Below are positions 47,304-59,759 of a stretch of 64,000 nt of DNA, in pieces (within the stretch, counting starts at the first letter, position 1; each line of letters starts with the position of its first letter). The notes below the pieces were generated by a model that saw nothing but the letters and a program-made list of their open reading frames with translations, was not told the origin of the DNA and did no database searches. Both the position numbers and the translations under genes were made by a program. This DNA is from Dicyema japonicum. Taxonomy: Eukaryota; Animalia; Dicyemida. The stretch is taken from contig RDEW01000043.1 of assembly GCA_011109175.1 (NCBI GenBank), forward strand, positions 248,001 to 312,000, read 5' to 3'.

Positions 47304-50069
47304 TATGCTAATCTTTCTGATGTTTATTCCAATTATGCAAATTCCACATTAATATCAATTGCTGGTCATCTTAATGAAGAGCTTAGAAATCGAATCACTC
47401 GAAAAATCATTCATTGAAAGACATGGAAGGGAAAAAGGAACATTGCAGGAACCTTGCAAGCTAGCTTTTGTCAAACAATTAACCTATTCCTATGTATCAC
47501 GCCCTCTATGCACTCGGCAAGACAGGACAACTTGGTCAGGCAATAGTCTGACGGAAACATTGAGGAAATCTACAATCAAATAGACTACATTATTTGCAGA
47601 CAAAAAGACCGCAGTATTGTCACTGATACCCGTGCTTATGGAGGGTCTATAATTGACAGCGATCACAAGATGGTTATGCCAAAATGTCCTTAAAGAGACT
47701 TATGGGTTTGCAAGGGATGAAAAGAAAGTGCAATGGACACACGGAACTGCGGGGGAAGGGATACGTTATAGACCATTTAAAGAACAATACTATCCAGGGA
47801 GAGGAATTCAGAAAATACCTGATGAGGGATTGGAAGAAATTCAGTAGATTTGGCATCGAAATTGCGTGGACCTTGGTCAAACAGAAGATCATGATTGCTG
47901 CGGATATATATCTACAAGAGGACTACGTAACTAATACACCCACTGAAAAAATAACCGATTTGATCTCCTTGCTAATCAACAAAAAGCGATATGGATACAA
48001 TGTCTAAATACAGATGACAAAAATACGAAACATCGGCTACAAGAGAAAAGAACAGTCATCAAAAAGAAACTAAGAAAAGCTGCACGTCGGATATTAAAGA
48101 ACGAAACAAGAACAAAAATGATAGAAAATCGAAGGCCTTAAAGACAATGCGAAGTTTTATGAAGCTGTCGGCCAAATCAGAAAACTACCAATGAAAACGC
48201 TGACTTTACGAGATGAAGAAGGAAACACATTTGCTAACCAACAAGAAGTTGCAGAACTAATAGCGGACTATTTTGAAGCACAATTCGTATCAAAAAATAG
48301 CAAAAAACTTACAATTAACACGGATCAGAGAAAATTAGACGAAGAAATAACTTTGGAAGAAGTGATGACAGCAAGATTCAAACTGAAAGACAATAAGATT
48401 CCCGGCTCAGATGGCTTAAATAGTGAATTTTTCAAAAATGGAACGCAAATACTATACAAGATAATTGCCTGGATTCTATTCGAAACGTACAGTAAAGGAG
48501 GCACTTTGCCACTTGGAGAAGGACTATTGATACTAGTACAGAAGCCAAACAAAAAAGCGGGGAAAGTTGAGAACCTAAGACCAGTGGTTTTAACCAACAC
48601 ATTGCGGAAGATACTAGCCAATATTACGCTTCAAAGAATGGAGGGACACCTGGACTCGTACTGTCGACTTATCAAAAGTGGATTTTGCAAAAGGGAAATC
48701 AACGTCAGATGTTATACTTCTCCACAAATGGAGAAGTGCGACTGTTCAAAAATTTAAAATAACGACAACCATTCTGGAGATTCATATGTCAAAGGCCTTG
48801 ATTCCGTCAAAAGGAACAAGCTGCTGCAAATACTAGAGCACTTCTTGAAGGGCTCAACGATTGGAATGGTCAGGACTGGGAAAGCTTTATCGAGGACATT
48901 TGAAACGACAATTGGTACCTTTCAAAGAGATCCATTATCCCCGATTTTGTTTATTATTTATCTGGAGGCAGCTCTACGAGACTTGAAGCCTCATATCGGA
49001 GAAGGATTCCCACCAGAACGAGACAGGCTTTTTTAAGTAAATCATTCAAAAATGTTAATGTTGTTATTAAAACATTCGAGAATTAATGAATAATAAATCC
49101 CTTGTTCCTTCTCAAAACAGACATATTCAAGGTCCTCCAATTTGAATCAGATAGAAATCGAACCGAGGCATACGCACATCTAATGCTTCCTTGTCTCTGA
49201 AAGTTCACATCTTCCGATATCTCCAAAGTCCGCCTCGACTATGGTCGCATAAAAGACTAGGGTTTTCATCAATAAAGTTAAGTAGATATTTTGAGCAATA
49301 GAAGTGCATCATAATTCTACGATCAATTAACCACTTGACTAACAAAACGAAATTCTATAATCATTTAAAATTGAAGGACCATTTGATTGTGAACAAAAAA
49401 GTCTTGGTTGGTCAAAAGCCGATCGATTCTAATTTGTAATAAAATCTGGGACCCTCAACTGATTGTAAATTTAATTTCGTACGCTCGGTGGGCCAGACGT
49501 TTACGAAGACTCTCAGTAACTTTTTATGGGTATCTTAAACTCTTTATAATTATGTTCGACAAAAATTCGGCAAACTACTCACTGATAGCTAGGGTAGAGA
49601 CAAGTAAGCTCTAAAGCCGAGTATGCCCTGATTTATTGAGAGTATTTATAAGATAATAGACATTTTATATCGACAGATGGAAGACAGCAAAACACCAAAA
49701 AAGGAAAATCGTAAAAATTATTGTTTTATTGTAAAGTTAGCTTACTAATATTCTTGTTACTATAAATTTATTATTAAAAAAAACAAGAAAAGTTTTATAG
49801 CTAAGAGGCCAGGATTACGAAGCCGTTTCCTCTGATCACTGCCTTGTTATTTGTTTTAAAATAATTCAGCCTTTCCATGAGTTGATCTGCGGGGGTTAAG
49901 GTAGATCTAAGGCATTAGGAACCTCCTGAGTAAGGTGGATCAAATGACGCCACCAAAGGGAAGGAAGAGAAATCCTTAATCAAGTAGCCACTTGACACCA
50001 CGTGGCTACTAATTCATAAGTCATAATTTTTTTCAAAATAGTTTATGATTGCTGAATTTATTATGACTA

Positions 50070-50800
50070 TCATTATGGAAGGTATTCCTGCAACGTTTGT
50101 TCCCGTGGTAACAAGCGAAAAGTAAAAATCCATTGTTCCTTTTTCTTCCACCTAGGATTTGTCGAGAAAGTCTTTGAAACCTTTGTCTTCTTGGATTTGC
50201 CCCGACTGCCTAAGACCCAAAAAATTTAATTTGTTCATCGGATTTACTAAATCCCTCAATATATCTGACCCTGCTCTGGATCGTCCATCGATCAAGATAC
50301 GTCTAAAGAAATTCTACTTCTTGTGTCAAGATTACGAGTACAGATGCGTATTCCTTTGAGGATCCCAAGGTCCGTGAGGGTGGTGGCGACCGAGGTTTTT
50401 GCTCGCGGTATTGACAGGGCTACCTCGACTTTGGAGACCATGAATTAGATTTTCTTATTTCTCTTTCCCCTAATTGCAATTGGATTGCACTGTAATCATC
50501 GAGGAGTTTCCACCGCTGCAAGCCTTAGGAAATCTATTCAGTCATTTGAGGATGGCATATCAGAGACCTTTCGTCATTCTTAACTTTTGAGATGGAAGCT
50601 CACCTTGTATCATCGTTAACAAAACTTGTATTCGGGAAAATCCCTCACATCGCTCATGAACTTTTTTTTCTGCCTTATTGTTCCCCTTCTCGAAGCCTGG
50701 TGGCGGAGTCAGGTCTATTGCTGTTGGGAGTCTATTTCGAAGACTTGCTTCAAAACTTTCGTGCTGGCGTGTCATCGATGATCTGTCTTTCAAACTGAGT
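50070..50800 (+). mobile_element. CRE-like 5' fragment with PHD-like finger
   Basis: CNVCSRG...HC...FHL...SSWICPDC; inverted twin of 33500-34065. Confidence 0.8.
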
Positions 50801-51949
50801 GTATATGGGTTATGAAGACTACTTAATAAGACATCTGTCAAGTTAACTAAGATTTCCAATGACATTACTTTTTAAAACCCAATTTATTCTGGTGGCGCAA
50901 TGTAACGAGCGCCAGGCCTTATGGTTCCTAGTTCCAATCTCGTTGCTTTACATTTCGACTAAAGGTTCCACGCATCTACGATGCTTTGGCTGGCGAGTGA
51001 CGCCGTCATCAGTGAACATTTCACTTGGAACTGGATCGTCGTAAAGGACTCAAATTCAACAAAAATGAAGTGAAGACCATTCATTGGTTCTCCCTCTGAG
51101 ATTAGTTATAACCGTTCTTTACTTAAAATAAAGGTCGTGTCCTGCTTAGGTGGAGCTATGAATAATATGGCCCTGCGTAAAGTGCAGTATTATTATTTAT
51201 TCTAATTCGAATATACACGGTAAAGGGTAAAATAACAACTAAATTCCCAATAAGTCAGTTAATTTGTTAGAATTACTATTATTAGTCAGTTATTTAACGC
51301 GAATGACCGGATTGGGGTCCCAGTGATCATCAAACTTCGACACCTTCCTATATTCTCTGTCTTCCTTCTCAAACTTGAATTTACCACCCTCCACTAAAAA
51401 TAAAGCGACAAATCCATACTTATATTATGAATGGGGTTAGAGACATAGTAATACGTCAGTAGAAGCTGATAAGAAGCACTTTAAAGTATAGAGACTGATT
51501 CCACACGTGTTTAAAGGGGAATTGTCGAATAGCTCCAAAATGAGTGAGGATATAAGAAACTTCTCTCATTGACCTTATCAGTTGGACGGTATATAGATCT
51601 TCTGACTGGAGGGAGATTAGATGAAGATAATCGGCGCAGTCCGGTTAGTTTAAATACATTCCTCAAGGTCATTAATCGAGACTCCATTAAAACACCCACT
51701 AGAAAATATTTAATGTTGAGTTGTTAAATTATATTTAATATCATGATTTATTTAAATTTATTATTTAAAATGATTTTCATGATGAGTTCATAAGTCAAAA
51801 AGTAAATAAATAGATACTTTATTAACGTAACAAACTCGTTATTAATTAAAAGCTAATTAAAAAGGGAGAAACCAACGAGTTTGTCCTTGGTTGATGGGGT
51901 CTGGTTTAACGAGACACCATATGTCTCCTCTTCGAATTATTGACCCCTT

Positions 51950-54700
51950 GCATCCAACAAGAATTACTTTTTCAAGTGGTGCAATATTTCCTCTATAGAT
52001 CCTGCACGTTTCTCATCACTTGGCGGTAATTTAGACTTTAAATCAAGTCCATATGCCAGTTTAATTAAATATCTCCTTGATTTATAGAGAAGCTCTACAA
52101 GAGTACTTCTCTCATCACTTTCAAACCATCTTTGGAAGCCATAAATCAAGAATGGTTCTATATAAGCTGTATACACATAAAGAAAAGTTTCCGGACTCAA
52201 TTGAGGACGTAGAAGCGATTTCAACATCACCGTAGCTTTTTTCTTTTTTTCTTGATATGACTAATGAAGGAACCCTTCGAGTTGACACAAACACCGAGAT
52301 ATTGTAGCTGTTCCATGCATTTGATCAGTCCAGTATTAATACAAATTTTTGAATTATTCTTGTATTTCACAATTTATGAAGCATTACACTTTTCAAGAGA
52401 TAAGGATTATTAATACTAAGATCGAGCAAACGAATATCATTGGCATATATTAGCATTTTCAAATTTAGGTGTTCAAACTTCGGGATGTCACACTTAGCGC
52501 AATTGAATAAAAGGGGACTTAAGACAGACCCTTGTGGAACCCCTCTTTTTAACAAAAAATATGACTCCAACACGTATAAAAGATTCTTTTCCAGAAATAA
52601 AATCCTTCATCCACACTAGAGATTTGCTCCCAACATTAAAATTTGACAATGTTTTCAACAACCCAGCATGCCAAACGCTATCAATAGCCTTTGATATGTC
52701 TAAACATCGGCCGTAAGACATTCTCTATTCTTCTTAGCAACACATATAAAATTTGATAATATTGAGAAACAATCTCCAGTACCTCTAGTGGGGCGAAAAC
52801 CCCACTGATCATCGAGAAGAAAATTGTTGTCTTCAACGTATTTTGATAATCTGTTGAAAATGATTTTTTCCATAATTTTTGATATACTGCATATTAGGCT
52901 TATTGGCCTATAGTTCTCTGGATTTGAACTAGCTTTTCCCTTCTTCGGGATCATCCGTACAAAAGACTTCTTCCAAGTAGAAGGAACATATCCAGAACAC
53001 CACGAAGAATTAAATAAAGCCCATAACGTTTTCAATAATGGTATTCCAGCATTTTTGAAGACAGTCATGGGGATAAAATCTCAACCCGGAGCTTTATTTT
53101 TGCATCCATAAATAGCAAGAATTATCTTCCAAAGTAATCGTTCCACACAAAGGCCCCTCCACAAGCGGGGATGGCTCCTCTTCAAGAAAACTACTTTGTT
53201 TGCCTCGGGGAATAATTAACAGAGGATCCAATTCTTGTACCTCTGCGAGCTGTTGTCTTAAGACATCTGGAACTTTTTCTTTCGGGATCCAAGAGACTTG
53301 AGATTTATTTCATCTTCTTTCCTATTTAAAGAATTCATTTTCGAAAAAAGTTTCCAGAATTTAGGATTATTACGATTGAGTTTAGAGCATGTCCAGTTCG
53401 CAACTTCAAAATTTGAAGTAAGTGATCACTTCCTATATCATTTTCGACAAAGGGAAGACCGCTCAATAAAGCGAGGCTTTCTTGCATAACGAAAACACCC
53501 AATCTATCAGCACTCCGTTGTTGGAAATGATTAAGTTCTTTAGACGTAAAAACCTCTAAATTTTCTGATTCCATTATTTCCAATAAACATTTGCCGCCAG
53601 AATTAGTTTTCACACAACCATATGCAATATTTTTTGCATTACATTTTCCCACAAGGATTGAGTTTTCATTATTAGCGAAAAAATCTTTTATAATCCTTGA
53701 ATAATTCCTTTATCTTTTGGAGTAAATTACACCAATTTTTATCCAACCACTAAAAGTGTACAAATCAATGCATAAAAATTCGCGGACATTCTCTTCTAAA
53801 TTTCTAGGCAATCGCGTTTTAATATTTTTTTTGTAGAAAATAGTGGTTCCTGTACCAGCTATGCCACAGGGACGCCATGAAATATTAACCGAATTATTAC
53901 TCGGGATATTAATAATTCCATGTTTTTTCATCTTCGTTTCATTAATAATAAATACATCCATCTCAACATCGCTGGGAAAGGCTACCAGCTCCGCAGCCCG
54001 CTTCCTAAGAGAGCGGGCATTAACCAGAGTAATTCTGGTTATTTCTGATTTATTTGGTTGCTGTCCTCTCTTCTTAGAAGCGCCACCAGGCCAAGTAAAA
54101 ACTTGGCATCCTTCTTCGTTCTTGTCATGTTTTTAATATTTTTAGATAATTATTCAACAATTATTATGAAAACGTTCCTCTTTTTTGAACATTTCTGTCT
54201 ACCGTGGGCTCTTCCTGTCCATTCGGATCTTTTGGATTCGCTGATTGACTGTGTTTGGGATACACTGTCAACGGAGGACACTTGTGGTATATCCGTCTGC
54301 ATTCCAATATCCGAGGTCGTATTCTTAGGAGTGATCGGAATCCATTCTGTTCGAGTTGGCTTGGCCAAATCTTTATTGTCTCCAATCTTCCTGGCAACAT
54401 TACTTCCTTTAGCAACACTTTCATTGCGAGGTTTACTTTGAGGTAAGAATTTATCCATCTTGAGTTTATTGGCTGCTTTTAGACAAGAACAACCTCCGTA
54501 GTTAGCCATGTGGTTAGTTGATCCACAATTTATAGCAATTTTTACCGTTCTTTAAGTCAAGTTGACAGTCCGACCTTCTGTGGTTTCCTGAACAAATCAA
54601 ACATCTTTCAACGTTTTTGCAGAAACGCGCAATATGACCGAATAACTGACAGCGAAAGCAAACAGTAAATCATTATCGAAAGGAGCAGTGGTTATTGTTG
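51950..54700 (-). mobile_element. Near-complete Jockey/I-like LINE with gag-like ORF1 knuckles, APE and RT
   Basis: CFRCQLFGHIARFC, CLICSGNHRRSDC and CINCGSTNH knuckles at 54480-54660; DVFIINETK, IGSDHL, NYRPISL, QWGFRPTRGT, DISKAIDSVWH and GVPQGSVLSPLLFN. Confidence 0.9.
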
Positions 54701-56399
54701 GGTCAGGTGGTTCACCTAATGTGGTGGCTCTCAGTGTTGAAAGACACCGAAAGAATCAAAGATTCTGGAGCTACGCAAGATCGATATTGGCTTCATCCTG
54801 GAGTCGAAACTTTTTACAAAGAGTGTAACCCTATTTTTTCCTGGACACGCCGTCTTCAGAAAAGACCTAAAAAAGAGGTTGACTTTCGCTGCTTTGAACA
54901 CATGAGTGGATAATCAATTTTACAAGATATTTCATAATACGTGGAGATCTCAACAAGAAATACCCCCAATGGATGACTACTCAATTGGCCGACAAGAGAG
55001 GTAATCTAATTGTTGACTTCTTCGAGAAAAAATGATTTTAAATCACCATAAAGTCAGCACAAGGACACCAATCCAAAGAAATGATAACTCAACTTAACCT
55101 GACCTGTCCATTTTTTTCTCAAAGATTTTCCCGCTAATTTCATGGAATGTCTCCTACGAATTCGATAGTGATCATAAGTTGAACCGATTCAAGAAGAGCT
55201 ATTTATCCCCAAGCATTGTAAAAATGCCATAAACTACACTCGACTTTGAAGCTTACTCCATTATAAAGAAGAGGAACGTTCCCATGATGAATCAACCTCT
55301 TTTCTGTCCTGATGAATATAAAATGTTTAAATCAAAGAATCACAACCCTCAACAAAAACAGAAAGAGAAGTCTTTAACCAACTCTTATCATATATTGGAA
55401 AAATGAAATCCACAAGAATTTTTGAAATACTATCCGTCCAATGAATAGAATCTCTCCTTACTCCGAATATTAAGGAAACTAATAACCTGATGAAGTATTA
55501 TGTCACATGGACTTTTCAGAGACTCATTGTGTCGCCTACATAATTTGGTACTAAAAACCACCACAACGCTTTTCAATTTATTCTTAAACGCCTCTTCAAG
55601 GATCGAACCGGTGGAGTGAGAAGTAAAAATTTTTTTTTGCTCTCATCCTATCAATGGCTCCACCAATAAAAATAAATTGTATGACGATACACTAATCAAC
55701 TTGGAAATATTTATCGAAAGGTAAAGTTAAAATCTAACACATGGTATTTTAACCACTAAGCTACACTGTTCTTTTATTATCATTTTAACCCCGAAAAATG
55801 GAACGTGTTACCAAAGCTGGGGGGTAATAAATATAACTAAAAATGTATTATATATGTCAAAACACCAAGTTAGAGGGTTCAAAAGAAGATGAGCATCCCC
55901 CAGTATATTCCGTCCTTCATTGGGTGTGATGCAGAACCGATGACTGAAATGGACACCCAATTCGCTGTTGCAAAAAACGTTAAACGTTATTCCTTCACTG
56001 AAACATTAATGACATGGAATTTCCGTAAAATTGTCAAGTCTCCAGAACATCTTCCTTGGGCCTGAAGTTAGATTATATCTGGAATCTTCTCCAAAATGTG
56101 GGGGGAAACTTCCTCTATGGAAATCATCTTAAAGGATCCGTACATGGATCATCATCTTAAAGGATAGAGTGACTCAAAAAATAAGTGGTTGTCTTAGTTA
56201 ATCTCACTAAACCTAATCAACTTAAAACTATTAATAAACTACGGAAAAATTAGTTATTCTCTGCTAACATCAATGTTAATGAAAAATAAGAAAACGTCTC
56301 AGAAAACTGAACTTACACTTCAGCGGGAGTCGCCTTTGTTAAGATTTTCTTGTATTAATTGAGTAGCTTTAGAGTGAGGGTCGGTAATTTTTTCAAGGT

Positions 56400-56720
56400 G
56401 TGTTCTTGTTTAAGCTTGTTCCTAAAGCGAGGCAACCATAGTTCTACTAAATCGACGTTAATTTGGAAATTATTGTTTTTTATCACAACGTGAGAAGTTA
56501 ATGAATATTTGACAAAAAATATTTTATATTTTGAACAAAGCTCTTAATTATCGTAGAAAGCGAAAAAGAAACCAAGAAATGTTCTTTAAAATTGAACATT
56601 GTTGGTGATAGTGAGGATCCTTGGGCACCCCAATTGAGAGAAAGCGTATCCTTCACATTTTTCAGATTACCTGCCAACTCAGGATTGATATTTATTTGTA
56701 TGAAAATTCCTCTGCGTGTT
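56400..56720 (-). mobile_element. LINE RT fragment
   Basis: Minus-strand GGTGCCCAAGGATCCTCACTATCACCAACAATGTTCAAT encodes GAQGSSLSPTMFN, a PQGS-like motif. Confidence 0.45.
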
Positions 56721-56959
56721 CCAACTAAATCAGAAAACCATGTAATAAATTAATTTTAGTTAATAGATTATGGTGTTGAGACGTAAGGAATCCTTGGCCC
56801 ACGTAAGGAATCCGTCCGTCGGATTGGCTCAATGATCCAAAAGGTCACCAAGAGTCATAGATTAATCTCCACAAAGGAAACAGCATGGTCATTGAAGCTC
56901 CCTAAGTTAAGTCCTCTTTTAACATTTTTTAATAACAATAGATACAATTAATTTTAAAT

Positions 56960-57210
56960 TAAATTTATTGAACCAGAAAAACACCGTAATAGCCAGAATG
57001 AAAAAATTCAAGTGATCCCGGCCTCCCTTAGCAGTCTTCACATGCTCGGACTTGAAGGAAGTGCCAGGGGGAACTTTTCTGGATAATTGTTGACTAGTGG
57101 TACTTTTTGGATATAATTTAGGATTATAGGGCGCCACCAGAGATTGTGAACCACACGCCGGACGTTGACAATTCAAGCTTCCTGGAGCCAAAAGGGAAAA
57201 GGAGGAACAG
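56960..57210 (-). mobile_element. 5'-truncated LINE 3' end
   Basis: Minus-strand CCGGGATCACTT signature at about 57010-57020, followed by GGTTCAATAAA. Confidence 0.55.
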
Positions 57211-57385
57211 AAAAAACATATTCAAAATCTTCTCATAATCTCAGTGTCTAAAAGGATGGCTTCGGACAGAAACAAAAAAAGTTAATAGATTATTGAAATT
57301 TTATTTAATTTAAAAATATTTTTATAAATTGTAGACGATAAAATTATATAAACCTTAAGTCTAAAATAATTAATCGCCGAATATC

Positions 57386-59255
57386 ATGTGTGGAATTTGG
57401 GCATTATTTGGATACAACCTTGAACATTCGCAGTTCATAGACACAGCCATGGAAGTGTCCCACAGAGGACCCGATTGCATGAGGTTTGAGACAATCAGTC
57501 AACAAAAAAATGCCTGCCTTTGTTTCCACCGATTAGCAGTGGTAGACAAAGTGTTCGGAATGCAACCAATGCGACTTTATGAGTATCCTCATTACTATTT
57601 GTTGTACAATGGAGAAGACTATAACTTCAGACAGGTTTATAAAAATCAATATTTCTAAGTTGGGTGACAAATATAATTTCAAATTTACCACAAACTGCGA
57701 TACCGAGTTTTACTTCATCTGTACGCATTTGGAGGAATCAAACTGATGACTGAAAGCCTCGATGGAGTTTTTTCCTTCTGCATATATGACGCTTTGGAGA
57801 AAAAGGTTTTCATTGGACGAGATACCTTCGGAGTTAGGCCGAGTTTTTATTTATACGATGGGAAGATGCTTGGAGTATGCTCGGAATTGAAAGGTACTCG
57901 TAAACTCACTCAGGCCTTTATCCATTGAAAAAATTCTGTAGTGAAGATTGTATTCTTGAACCGATAAAACCAGGATTTTATCATGAATTTGGTATTGATA
58001 ATGATGGAGTAACCACATTATTATCTACTACCAAATTTCACAAAATCGGGGATTTTCCACTCTACACGACTGTTGACTGCATTTTAGAAAATTTGAGTTT
58101 TTTTCATTTTTTAATTTTCTGAAAAATCCGATGTTTTATCGAACATTCGAAATCTTCTCACAGCCTCAGTGTCTAAAAGGATGGCTTCGGACAGAGAAAT
58201 AGGCTGTCTCCTCTCAGGTGATTCATTTGAGTTCTCAATTTTAGGGGGTCTAGATTCAAGCTTGATTGCTGCCTTGGTAAATGATGAATTAAAGAAATCA
58301 GATGCGAGGTATGAATTGCATACCTATACCATTGGATTGCCGAATAGTCCAGACGTCGAGGCCTCCAGATTGGTAGTGGATAACATTTCGCATTGTAGGT
58401 CGCCAAGCATATTAAAAGTCACCACCATGAAATTTTATTTACTGAACAAGAAGGCTTGGATGCCATTGAAGAGGTCATTCAATGTATTGAGAGCTACGAT
58501 GTGACAACAGTTAGGGCATCTACTGGTTAAGTGTTTGTTTTAGTGCCTTTTAGGAATGTACTTGATTAGCAAATGGATTTCGAAGTATGGAAAATCGATC
58601 GTCATTATGTCTGGAGAAGGAGCAGATGAACTGTGTCAAGGATATATTTATTTCAAAAACGCTCCAAATTGTAACGAGGCTCACAATGAGTCTCTTAGAC
58701 TATTAAACGACATTTATTTGTATGACGGACTCAGAGCCGACAGAACAACTTCAAAGGCTGGGTTTGGAAGACTATTTTAATTACAGACTTGAGCTTCGAG
58801 TTCCATTCTTAGATCATCGTTTTTCTGCTTATTACTTGTCTTTACCTGCTTCTTTGCGCTGGTCTGGTCCTAATGATATCGAAAAGAAGTTATTGAGAGA
58901 AGCCTTTGATGGTACGGGAATTTTGCCCGACGAGATTTTGTGGAGAAAAAAAGAAGCATTTAGCGACGGAGTGTCCCCACAAAAAAGATCATGGTTCAGT
59001 GTAATACAGGAATACATCGAAGATAGGGTTTCTTTTATCTATTCAAGTATATTCTAGGTAAACGATGAGGAACTAGCTATGGCTAATGATAAATACCCTT
59101 TTAATACACCGAAAACCAAAGAGGCCTTGTTTTATAGGAATATATTTGAAAAATACTATTCTGGTTGTTCTAGTGTGATTCCTTACATGTGGATGCCCAA
59201 ATGGTGCAATGCAAATGATCCTTCAGCTAGAATTTTAGAAAATTATGAGGCTTAA
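57386..59255 (+). CDS. ASNS: Glutamine-dependent asparagine synthetase
   Basis: [67 protein letters not shown] and MWMPKW. Eight introns of 25, 20, 25 (GT-TG), 27, 26, 28, 25 and 30 nt. One T is missing near 57708. Confidence 0.97.
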
Positions 59256-59759
59256 CTAATATTAACAATCTCTATTTATCGGTTAATAAAAATTTGGTTT
59301 TATTTAAATTAAATGAGAAATATTTATATTTTGAATATTTGATAATTTATCTATTCCCTTTTTCTTTTTAAAACTTTTCTGCCTACGAATGAAGTGATTT
59401 CCGCACCGGTAGGACGTGTGATGAAAATGGAAGAGGAAGGAACTACTTCTCCATATCTCTTCTGAATCTGAAGCCTTTAATGTTCTATTGGCGGATAGAT
59501 CGGAACAAAGAGGCGTTCTTCCTTGGATTTTTTCCATGGATTAATTAGTTGTGATTGTTTGTGCTGGGCTACAAAAGACTGTAAGCCTGAGGTTAATAAA
59601 TAAATTACACGGAAAGTCAACTTTGTCTGAGATGGATGAAAGCTCATATTTTTTAAGAGCATAGACGAGGTGATTGACTCAGGGGAGACATTGGAAATCC
59701 GACAGAGACAAAGAACATTCGACAATTGATAATTTTACATTGACTCCACAAGGCAGATT

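Larger units (their letters stand above)
44230..49030 (+). mobile_element. RTE element (44230-44610 plus 47304-49030) split by two CRE-like insertions
   Basis: The APE reads through the removed insertions as EKIDEFYANL|SDVYSNYANSTLISIAGHLN. RT motifs: KIPGSDGLNSEFFK, LRPVVL and QRDPLSPILFIIYLEA. Confidence 0.88.

Noticed and set aside
55000-56300. Possible DNA-transposon relic (CHMDFSETH resembles DFxENY-type motifs)
   Set aside because: A single weak motif in heavily broken frames with no TIRs; not supportable.
16629-59255. Calling MDH2, ASNS, the nuclear receptor and ETS pseudogenes because of frameshifts
   Set aside because: Each has a single homopolymer indel with otherwise intact motifs and splice sites; an assembly error is more parsimonious.
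59304-59725. Minus-strand ORFs with an intron-like 22-mer, suggesting a gene convergent on ASNS
   Set aside because: The 'intron' is the reverse complement of a plus-strand LINE tail (GAGGTTAATAAATAAA) with its hairpin; no recognisable protein.
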